From Auanema rhodensis (taxonomy: Eukaryota; Animalia; Nematoda), in assembly GCA_964057225.1 (NCBI GenBank), contig OZ059895.1, forward strand, positions 2,418,001-2,482,000: 64,000 nt of DNA, given 5' to 3'. Under the pieces are notes generated by a model. That model worked only from the letters and a program-made list of their open reading frames with translations. It did no database searches and was not told the DNA's origin. The first letter of the stretch is position 1, and every line of letters starts with the position of its first letter. Position numbers and translations under genes: made by a program. This document shows, piece by piece, positions 1 through 11,200 of this stretch.

Positions 1-120
1 TCGTTGAATAACATTGTCCATCGTCTTTGCCTTGAAAAATGGAATCTAAAAACATCTACTTTTTGCTAAATTATCTTGAAATTTTTCGAAAAAATTTTTG
101 TCAAAATGTTTTTGGAAGCA

Positions 121-148
121 ATGTTGAGTGTACATGGAAACTCAACAT
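121..148. other. Inverted repeat with 9-bp stem and 10-nt loop, present in every monomer; first copy given
   Basis: ATGTTGAGT(121-129)/ACTCAACAT(140-148). Confidence 0.85.
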
Positions 149-222
149 ACACTAATGCATCATTTTTCAAACGATCATAACTAATTTTTGTATCAAACGT
201 TTCTCAATGTAGTATAGTGCAT

Positions 223-289
223 TCGATGCGGATTTTTAAGCTGCGTCGATCTGTGTTATCAGATTTGCGCTAGCTTAAAAATGCACCGA
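223..289. other. Long imperfect inverted repeat (potential hairpin/cruciform), present in every monomer; first copy given
   Basis: ATTTTTAAGCT(232-242)/AGCTTAAAAAT(272-282) is a perfect 11-bp pair. Inner pairs are GCG/CGC and ATCTG(249-253)/CAGAT(260-264). Outer pairs are TGC/GCA and TCG/CGA. Confidence 0.85.
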
Positions 290-299
290 GATATCAACT

Positions 300-321
300 G
301 ATATAAGTTCACACTTATATC
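300..321. other. Inverted repeat with 9-bp stem and 4-nt loop, present in every monomer; first copy given
   Basis: GATATAAGT(300-308)-TCAC-ACTTATATC(313-321). Confidence 0.85.
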
Positions 322-3300
322 CTCGATTTTCACCCTGAAGAATTAATTTTTTCGTTGAATAACATTGTCCATCGTCTTTGCCTTGAAAAAAGGAATCTAA
401 AAACATCTACTTTTTGCTAAATTATTTTGAAATGTTTGGAAAAAATTTTTGTCAAAATGTTTTTGGAAGCAATGTTGAGTGTACATGGAAACTCAACATA
501 CACTAATGCATCATTTTTCAAACGATCATAACTAATTTTTGTATCAAGCGTTTCTCAATGTAGTATAGTGCATTCGATGCGGATTTTTAAGCTGCGTCGA
601 TCTGTGTTATCAGATTTGCGCTAGCTTAAAAATGCACCGAGATATCAACTGATATAAGTTCACACATATATCCTCGATTTTCACCCTGAAGAATTAATTT
701 TTTCGTTGAATAACATTGTCCATCGTCTTTGCCTTGAAAAATGGAATCTAAAAACATCTACTTTTTGCTAAATTATCTTGAAATTTTTCGAAAAAATTTT
801 TGTCAAAATGTTTTTGGAAGCAATGTTGAGTGTACATGGAAACTCAACATACACTAATGCATCATTTTTCAAACGATCATAACTAATTTTTGTATCAAAC
901 GTTTCTCAATGTAGTATAGTGCATTCGATGCGGATTTTTAAGCTGCGTCGATCTGTGTTATCAGATTTGCGCTAGCTTAAAAATGCACCGAGATATCAAC
1001 TGATATAAGTTCACACTTATATCCTCGATTTTCACCCTGAAGAATTAATTTTTTCGTTGAATAACATTGTCCATCGTCTTTGCCTTAAAAAAAGGAATCT
1101 AAAAACATCTACTTTTTGCTAAATTATTTTGAAATGTTTGGAAAAAATTTTTGTCAAAATGTTTTTGGAAGCAATGTTGAGTGTACATGGAAACTCAACA
1201 TACACTAATGCATCATTTTTCAAACGATCATAACTAATTTTTGTATTAAGCGTTTCTCAATGTAGTATAGTGCATTCGATGCGAATTTTTAAGCTGCGTC
1301 GATCTGTGTTATCAGATTTGCGCTAGCTTAAAAATGCACCGAGATATCAACTGATATAAGTTCACACTTATATCCTCGATTTTCACCCTGAAGAATTAAT
1401 TTTTTCGTTGAATAACATTGTCCATCGTCTTTGCCTTGAAAAAAGGAATCTAAAAACATCTACTTTTTGCTAAATTATTTTGAAATTTTTGGAAAAAATT
1501 TTTGTCAAGATGTTTTTGGAAGCAATGTTGAGTGTACATGGAAACTCAACATACACTAATGCATCATTTTTCAAACGATCATAACTAATTTTTGTATTAA
1601 GCGTTTCTCAATGTAGTATAGTGCATTCGATGCGAATTTTTAAGCTGCGTCGATCTGTGTTATCAGATTTGCGCTAGCTTAAAAATGCACCGAGATATCA
1701 ACTGATATAAGTTCACACTTATATCCTCGATTTTCACCCTGAAGAATTAATTTTTTCGTTGAATAACATTGTCCATCGTCTTTGCCTTGAAAAAAGGAAT
1801 CTAAAAACATCTACTTTTTGCTAAATTATTTTGAAATTTTTGGAAAAAATTTTTGTCAAAATGTTTTTGGAAGCAATGTTGAGTGTACATGGAAACTCAA
1901 CATACACTAATGCATCATTTTTCAAACGATCATAACTAATTTTTGTATCAAGCGTTTCTCAATGTAGTATAGTGCATTCGATGCGGATTTTTAAGCTGCG
2001 TCGATCTGTGTTATCAGATTTGCGCTAGCTTAAAAATGCACCGAGATATCAACTGATATAAGTTCACACATATATCCTCGATTTTCACCCTGAAGAATTA
2101 ATTTTTTCGTTGAATAACATTGTCCATCGTCTTTGCCTTGAAAAATGGAATCTAAAAACATCTACTTTTTGCTAAATTATCTTGAAATTTTTCGAAAAAA
2201 TTTTTGTCAAAATGTTTTTGGAAGCAATGTTGAGTGTACATGGAAACTCAACATACACTAATGCATCATTTTTCAAACGATCATAACTAATTTTTGTATC
2301 AAACGTTTCTCAATGTAGTATAGTGCATTCGATGCGGATTTTTAAGCTGCGTCGATCTGTGTTATCAGATTTGCGCTAGCTTAAAAATGCACCGAGATAT
2401 CAACTGATATAAGTTCACACTTATATCCTCGATTTTCACCCTGAAGAATTAATTTTTTCGTTGAATAACATTGTCCATCGTCTTTGCCTTAAAAAAAGGA
2501 ATCTAAAAACATCTACTTTTTGCTAAATTATTTTGAAATGTTTGGAAAAAATTTTTGTCAAAATGTTTTTGGAAGCAATGTTGAGTGTACATGGAAACTC
2601 AACATACACTAATGCATCATTTTTCAAACGATCATAACTAATTTTTGTATTAAGCGTTTCTCAATGTAGTATAGTGCATTCGATGCGAATTTTTAAGCTG
2701 CGTCGATCTGTGTTATCAGATTTGCGCTAGCTTAAAAATGCACCGAGATATCAACTGATATAAGTTCACACTTATATCCTCGATTTTCACCCTGAAGAAT
2801 TAATTTTTTCGTTGAATAACATTGTCCATCGTCTTTGCCTTGAAAAAAGGAATCTAAAAACATCTACTTTTTGCTAAATTATTTTGAAATTTTTGGAAAA
2901 AATTTTTGTCAAGATGTTTTTGGAAGCAATGTTGAGTGTACATGGAAACTCAACATACACTAATGCATCATTTTTCAAACGATCATAACTAATTTTTGTA
3001 TTAAGCGTTTCTCAATGTAGTATAGTGCATTCGATGCGAATTTTTAAGCTGCGTCGATCTGTGTTATCAGATTTGCGCTAGCTTAAAAATGCACCGAGAT
3101 ATCAACTGATATAAGTTCACACTTATATCCTCGATTTTCACCCTGAAGAATTAATTTTTTCGTTGAATAACATTGTCCATCGTCTTTGCCTTGAAAAAAG
3201 GAATCTAAAAACATCTACTTTTTGCTAAATTATTTTGAAATTTTTGGAAAAAATTTTTGTCAAGATGTTTTTGGAAGCAATGTTGAGTGTACATGGAAAC

Positions 3301-5265
3301 TCAACATACACTAATGCATCATTTTTCAAACGATCATAACTAATTTTTGTATTAAGCGTTTCTCAATGTAGTATAGTGCATTCGATGCGAATTTTTAAGC
3401 TGCGTCGATCTGTGTTATCAGATTTGCGCTAGCTTAAAAATGCACCGAGATATCAACTGATATAAGTTCACACTTATATCCTCGATTTTCACCCTGAAGA
3501 ATTAATTTTTTCGTTGAATAACATTGTCCATCGTCTTTGCCTTGAAAAAAGGAATCTAAAAACATCTACTTTTTGCTAAATTATTTTGAAATTTTTGGAA
3601 AAAATTTTTGTCAAAATGTTTTTGGAAGCAATGTTGAGTGTACATGGAAACTCAACATACACTAATGCATCATTTTTCAAACGATCATAACTAATTTTTG
3701 TATCAAGCGTTTCTCAATGTAGTATAGTGCATTCGATGCGGATTTTTAAGCTGCGTCGATCTGTGTTATCAGATTTGCGCTAGCTTAAAAATGCACCGAG
3801 ATATCAACTGATATAAGTTCACACATATATCCTCGATTTTCACCCTGAAGAATTAATTTTTTCGTTGAATAACATTGTCCATCGTCTTTGCCTTGAAAAA
3901 TGGAATCTAAAAACATCTACTTTTTGCTAAATTATCTTGAAATTTTTCGAAAAAATTTTTGTCAAAATGTTTTTGGAAGCAATGTTGAGTGTACATGGAA
4001 ACTCAACATACACTAATGCATCATTTTTCAAACGATCATAACTAATTTTTGTATCAAACGTTTCTCAATGTAGTATAGTGCATTCGATGCGGATTTTTAA
4101 GCTGCGTCGATCTGTGTTATCAGATTTGCGCTAGCTTAAAAATGCACCGAGATATCAACTGATATAAGTTCACACTTATATCCTCGATTTTCACCCTGAA
4201 GAATTAATTTTTTCGTTGAATAACATTGTCCATCGTCTTTGCCTTGAAAAAAGGAATCTAAAAACATCTACTTTTTGCTAAATTATTTTGAAATGTTTGG
4301 AAAAAATTTTTGTCAAAATGTTTTTGGAAGCAATGTTGAGTGTACATGGAAACTCAACATACACTAATGCATCATTTTTCAAACGATCATAACTAATTTT
4401 TGTATTAAGCGTTTCTCAATGTAGTATAGTGCATTCGATGCGAATTTTTAAGCTGCGTCGATCAGTGTTATCAGATTTGCGCTAGCTTAAAAATGCACCG
4501 AGATATCAACTGATATAAGTTCACACTTATATCCTCGATTTTCACCCTGAAGAATTAATTTTTTCGTTGAATAACATTGTCCATCGTCTTTGCCTTGAAA
4601 AAAGGAATCTAAAAACATCTACTTTTTGCTAAATTATTTTGAAATTTTTGGAAAAAATTTTTGTCAAAATGTTTTTGGAAGCAATGTTGAGTGTACATGG
4701 AAACTCAACATACACTAATGCATCATTTTTCAAACGATCATAACTAATTTTTGTATCAAGCGTTTCTCAATGTAGTATAGTGCATTCGATGCGGATTTTT
4801 AAGCTGCGTCGATCTGTGTTATCAGATTTGCGCTAGCTTAAAAATGCACCGAGATATCAACTGATATAAGTTCACACATATATCCTCGATTTTCACCCTG
4901 AAGAATTAATTTTTTCGTTGAATAACATTGTCCATCGTCTTTGCCTTGAAAAATGGAATCTAAAAACATCTACTTTTTGCTAAATTATCTTGAAATTTTT
5001 CGAAAAAATTTTTGTCAAAATGTTTTTGGAAGCAATGTTGAGTGTACATGGAAACTCAACATACACTAATGCATCATTTTTCAAACGATCATAACTAATT
5101 TTTGTATCAAACGTTTCTCAATGTAGTATAGTGCATTCGATGCGGATTTTGAAGCTGCGTCGATCTGTGTTATCAGATTTGCGCTAGCTTAAAAATGCAC
5201 CGAGATATCAACTGATATAAGTTCACACTTATATCCTCGATTTTCACCCTGAAGAATTAATTTTT

Positions 5266-8200
5266 TCGTTGAATAACATTGTCCATCGTCTTTGCCTTGA
5301 CAAATGGAATCTAAAAACATCTACTTTTTGCTAAATTATTTTGAAATTTTTCGAAAAAATTTTTGTCAAAATGTTTTTGGAAGCAATGTTGAGTGTACAT
5401 GGAAACTCAACATACACTAATGCATCATTTTTCAAACAATCATAACCAATTTGTGTATTAAGCGTTTCTCAATGTAGTATAGTGCATTCGATGCGGATTT
5501 TTAAGCTGCGTCGATCTGTGTTATCAGATTTGCGCTAGCTTGAAAATGCACCGAGATATCAACTGATATAAGTTCACACTTATATCCTCGATTTTCACCC
5601 TGAAGAATTGATTTTTTCGTTGAATAACATTGTCTATCGTCTTTGCCTTAAAAAAAGAAATCTAAAAACATCTACTTTTTGCTAAATTATTCTGAAATTT
5701 TTGGAAAAAATTTTTGTCAAAATGTTTTTGGAAGCAATGTTGAGTGTACATGGAAACTCAACATACACTAATGCATCATTTTTCAAACGATCATAACTAA
5801 TTTTTGTATCAAGCGTTTCTCAATGTAGTATAGTGCATTCGATGCGGATTTTTAAGCTGCGTCGATCTGTGTTATCAGATTTGGGCTAGCTTAAAAATGC
5901 ACCGAGATATCAACTGATATAAGTTCACACTTATATCCTCGATTTTCACCCTGAAGAATTAATTTTTTTGTTGAATAACATTGTCCATCGTCTTTGCCTT
6001 GAAAAAAGGAATCTAAAAACATCTACTTTTTGCTAAATTATTCTGAAATTTTTCGAAAAAATTTTTGTCAAAATGTTTTTGGAAGCAATGTTGAGTGTAC
6101 ATGGAAACTCAACATACACTAATGCATCATTTTTCAAACGATCATAACTAATTTTTGTATCAAACGTTTCTCAATGTAGTATAGTGCATTCGATGCGGAT
6201 TTTTAAGCTGCGTCGATCTGTGTTATCAGATTTGCGCTAGCTTAAAAATGCACCGAGATATCAACTGATATAAGTTCACAATTATATCCTCGATTTTCAC
6301 CCTGAAGAATTAATTTTTTCGTTGAATAACATTGTCCATCGTCTTTGCCTTGAAAAAAGGAATCTAAAAACATCTACTTTTTGCTAAATTATTTTGAAAT
6401 TTTTGGAAAAAATTTTTGCCAAAATGTTTTTGGAAGCAATGTTGAGTGTACATGGAAACTCAACATACACTAATGCATCATTTTTCAAACGATCATAACT
6501 AATTTTTGTATTAAGCGTTTCTCAATGTAGTATAGTGCATTCGATGCGGATTTTTAAGCTGCGTCGATCTGTGTTATCAGATTTGCGCTAGCTTGAAAAT
6601 GCACCGAGATATCAACTGATATAAGTTCACACTTATATCCTCGATTTTCACCCTGAAGAATTGATTTTTTCGTTGAATAACATTGTCTATCGTCTTTGCC
6701 TTGAAAAATGGAATCTAAAAACATCTACTATTTGCTAAATTATTTTGAAATTTTTCGAAAAAATTTTTGTCAAAATGTTTTTGGAAGCAATGTTGAGTGT
6801 ACATGGAAACTCAACATACACTAATGCATCATTTTTCAAACGATCATAACTAATTTTTGTATCAAGCGTTTCTCAATGTAGTATAGTGCATTCGATGCAG
6901 ATTTTTAAGCTGCGTCGATCTGTGTTATCAGATTTGGGCTAGCTTAAAAATGCACCGAGATATCAACTGATATAAGTTCACACTTATATCCTCGATTTTC
7001 ACCCTGAAGAATTAATTTTTTCGTTGAATAACATTGTCCATCGTCTTTGCCTTGAAAAATGGAATCTAAAAACATCTACTTTTTGCTAAATTATTTTGAA
7101 ATTTTTCGAAAAAATTTTTGTCAAAATGTTTTTGGAAGCAATGTTGAGTGTACATGGAAACTCAACATACACTAATGCATCATTTTTCAAACGATCATAA
7201 CTAATTTTTGTATCAAACGTTTCTCAATGTAGTATAGTGCATTCGATGCGGATTTTTAAGCTGCGTCGATCTGTGTTATCAGATTTGCGCTAGCTTAAAA
7301 ATGCACCGAGATATCAACTGATATAAGTTCACAATTATATCCTCGATTTTCACCCTGAAGAATTAATTTTTTCGTTGAATAACATTGTCCATCGTCTTTG
7401 CCTTGAAAAAAGGAATCTAAAAACATCTACTTTTTGCTAAATTATTTTGAAATTTTTGGAAAAAATTTTTGCCAAAATGTTTTTGGAAGCAATGTTGAGT
7501 GTACATGGAAACTCAACATACACTAATGCATCATTTTTCAAACGATCATAACTAATTTTTGTATTAAGCGTTTCTCAATGTAGTATAGTGCATTCGATGC
7601 GAATTTTTAAGCTGCGTCGATCTGTGTTATCAGATTTGCGCTAGCTTAAAAATGCACCGAGATATCAACTGATATAAGTTCACACTTATATCCTCGATTT
7701 TCACCCTGAAGAATTAATTTTTTCGTTGAATAACATTGTCCATCGTCTTTGCCTTGAAAAAAGGAATCTAAAAACATCTACTTTTTGCTAAATTATTTTG
7801 AAATTTTTGGAAAAAATTTTTGTCAAAATGTTTTTGGAAGCAATGTTGAGTGTACATGGAAACTCAACATACACTAATGCATCATTTTTCAAACGATCAT
7901 AACTAATTTTTGTATCAAGCGTTTCTCAATGTAGTATAGTGCATTCGATGCAGATTTTTAAGCTGCGTCGATCTGTGTTATCAGATTTGGGCTAGCTTAA
8001 AAATGCACCGAGATATCAACTGATATAAGTTCACACTTATATCCTCGATTTTCACCCTGAAGAATTAATTTTTTCGTTGAATAACATTGTCCATCGTCTT
8101 TGCCTTGAAAAATGGAATCTAAAAACATCTACTTTTTGCTAAATTATTTTGAAATTTTTGGAAAAAATTTTTGTCAAAATGTTTTTGGAAGCAATGTTGA

Positions 8201-11200
8201 GTGTACATGGAAACTCAACATACACTAATGCATCATTTTTCAAACGATCATAACTAATTTTTGTATTAAGCGTTTCTCAATGTAGTATAGTGCATTCGAT
8301 GCGGATTTTTAAGCTGCGTCGATCTGTGTTATCAGATTTGCGCTAGCTTAAAAATGCACCGAGATATCAACTGATATAAGTTCACACTTATATCCTCGAT
8401 TTTCACCCTGAAGAATTAATTTTTTCGTTGAATAGCATTGTCCATCGTCTTTGCCTTGAAAAAAGGAATCTAAAAACATCTACTTTTTGCTAAATTATTC
8501 TGAAATTTTTCGAAAAAATTTTTGTCAAAATGTTTTTGGAAGCAATGTTGAGTGTACATGGAAACTCAACATACACTAATGCATCATTTTTCAAACGATC
8601 ATAACTAATTTTTGTATCAAGCGTTTCTTAATGTAGTATAGTGCATTCGATGCGGATTTTTAAGCTGCGTCGATCTGTGTTATCAGATTTGCGCTAGCTT
8701 AAAAATGCACCGAGATATCAACTGATATAAGTTCACACTTATATCCTCGATTTTCACCCTGAAGAATTAATTTTTTCGTTGAATAACATTGTCCATCGTC
8801 TTTGCCTTGAAAAATGGAATCTAAAAACATCTACTCTTTGCTAAATTATTTTGAAATTTTTCGAAAAAATTTTTGTCAAAATGTTTTTGGAAGCAATGTT
8901 GAGTGTACATGGAAACTCAACATACACTAATGCATCATTTTTCAAACAATCATAACCAATTTGTGTATTAAGCGTTTCTCAATGTAGTATAGTGTATTCG
9001 ATGCGGATTTTTAAGCTGCGTCGATCTGTGTTATCAGATTTGCGCTAGCTTGAAAATGCACCGAGATATCAACTGATATAAGTTCACACTTATATCCTCG
9101 ATTTTCACCCTGAAGAATTAATTTTTTCGTTGAATAACATTGTCTATCGTCTTTGCCTTGAAAAATGGAATCTAAAAACATCTACTTTTTGCTAAATTAT
9201 TTTGAAATTTTTCGAAAAAATTTTTGTCAAAATGTTTTTGGAAGCAATGTTGAGTGTACATGGAAACTCAACATACACTAATGCATCATTTTTCAAACGA
9301 TCATAACTAATTTTTGTATCAAGCGTTTCTCAATGTAGTATAGTGCATTCGATGCAGATTTTTAAGCTGCGTCGATCTGTGTTATCAGATTTGCGCTAGC
9401 TTAAAAATGCACCGAGATATCAACTGATATAAGTTCACACTTATATCCTCGATTTTCACCCTGAAGAATTAATTTTTTCGTTGAATAGCATTGTCCATCG
9501 TCTTTGCCTTGAAAAAAGGAATCTAAAAACATCTACTTTTCGCTAAATTATTCTGAAATTTTTCGAAAAAATTTTTGTCAAAATGTTTTTGGAAGCAATG
9601 TTGAGTGTACATGGAAACTCAACATACACTAATGCATCATTTTTCAAACGATCATAACTAATTTTTGTATCAAGCGTTTCTTAATGTAGTATAGTGCATT
9701 CGATGCGGATTTTTAAGCTGCGTCGATCTGTGTTATCAGATTTGCGCTAGCTTAAAAATGCACCGAGATATCAACTGATATAAGTTCACACTTATATCCT
9801 CGATTTTCACCCTGAAGAATTAATTTTTTCGTTGAATAACATTGTCCATCGTCTTTGCCTTGAAAAATGGAATCTAAAAACATCTACTTTTTGCTAAATT
9901 ATTTTGAAATTTTTCGAAAAAATTTTTGTCAAAATGTTTTTGGAAGCAATGTTGAGTGTACATGGTAACTCAACATACACTAATGCATCATTTTTCAAAC
10001 AATCATAACCAATTTGTGTATTAAGCGTTTCTCAATGTAGTATAGTGCATTCGATGCGAATTTTTAAGCTGCGTCGATCTGTGTTATCAGATTTGCGCTA
10101 GCTTAAAAATGCACCGAGATATCAACTGATATAAGTTCACACTTATATCCTCGATTTTCACCCTGAAGAATTAATTTTTTCGTTGAATAACATTGTCCAT
10201 CGTCTTTGCCTTGAAAAAAGGAATCTAAAAACATCTACTTTTTGCTAAATTATTCTGAAATTTTTCGAAAAAATTTTTGTCAAAATGTTTTTGGAAGCAA
10301 TGTTGAGTGTACATGGAAACTCAACATACACTAATGCATCATTTTTCAAACGATCATAACTAATTTTTGTATCAAGCGTTTCTTAATGTAGTATAGTGCA
10401 TTCGATGCGGATTTTTAAGCTGCGTCGATCTGTGTTATCAGATTTGCGCTAGCTTAAAAATGCACCGAGATATCAACTGATATAAGTTCACACTTATATC
10501 CTCGATTTTCACCCTGAAGAATTAATTTTTTCGTTGAATAACATTGTCCATCGTCTTTGCCTTGAAAAATGGAATCTAAAAACATCTACTTTTTGCTAAA
10601 TTATTTTGAAATTTTTCGAAAAAATTTTTGTCAAAATGTTTTTGGAAGCAATGTTGAGTGTACATGGTAACTCAACATACACTAATGCATCATTTTTCAA
10701 ACAATCATAACCAATTTGTGTATTAAGCGTTTCTCAATGTAGTATAGTGTATTCGATGCGGATTTTTAAGCTGCGTCGATCTGTGTTATCAGATTTGCGC
10801 TAGCTTGAAAATGCACCGAGATATCAACTGATATAAGTTCACACTTATATCCTCGATTTTCACCCTGAAGAATTAATTTTTTCGTTGAATAACATTGTCT
10901 ATCGTCTTTGCCTTGAAAAATGGAATCTAAAAACATCTACTTTTTGCTAAATTATTTTGAAATTTTTCGAAAAAATTTTTGTCAAAATGTTTTTGGAAGC
11001 AATGTTGAGTGTACATGGAAACTCAACATACACTAATGCATCATTTTTCAAACGATCATAACTAATTTTTGTATCAAGCGTTTCTCAATGTAGTATAGTG
11101 CATTCGATGCAGATTTTTAAGCTGCGTCGATCTGTGTTATCAGATTTGCGCTAGCTTAAAAATGCACCGAGATATCAACTGATATAAGTTCACACTTATA

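Larger units (their letters stand above)
1..5265. repeat. Subfamily domain A (monomers 1-15), loosely 4-mer higher-order repeat (P-Q-R-S, 1404 bp)
   Basis: Diagnostic variants are C75 (TTATCTTG), G83 (AATGTTTGG), G105 (CAAGATG) and A315 (CACACATATA). Order is PQRS (703-2106), PQRRS (2107-3861), PQS (3862-4914). Confidence 0.85.

Noticed and set aside
221-229. Pol III B-box or tRNA-derived element
   Set aside because: ATTCGATGC lacks the conserved initial G, and no A-box or cloverleaf was found.
1-351. Monomer as a dimer of ~175-bp subunits
   Set aside because: I saw no extended similarity between the two halves by eye, only short A/T-tract-based matches.
1-351. Assignment to a named satellite of similar length (Drosophila 1.688/359-bp family, tenebrionid ~350-360-bp satellites)
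   Set aside because: Only length and AT content are similar. I do not recognise the sequence, so a database search is required.
350-366. CENP-B box-like TTCGTTG
   Set aside because: It matches only the 5' part and lacks the essential CGGG of the TTCGNNNNANNCGGG motif.
335-445. Hammerhead ribozyme (CTGAAGA matches the CUGANGA core; hammerheads are known in some animal satellites)
   Set aside because: None of the downstream GAAA motifs closes a stem II with the bases following CTGAAGA. The minus strand has only CTGATAA. An Rfam cmsearch would be definitive.
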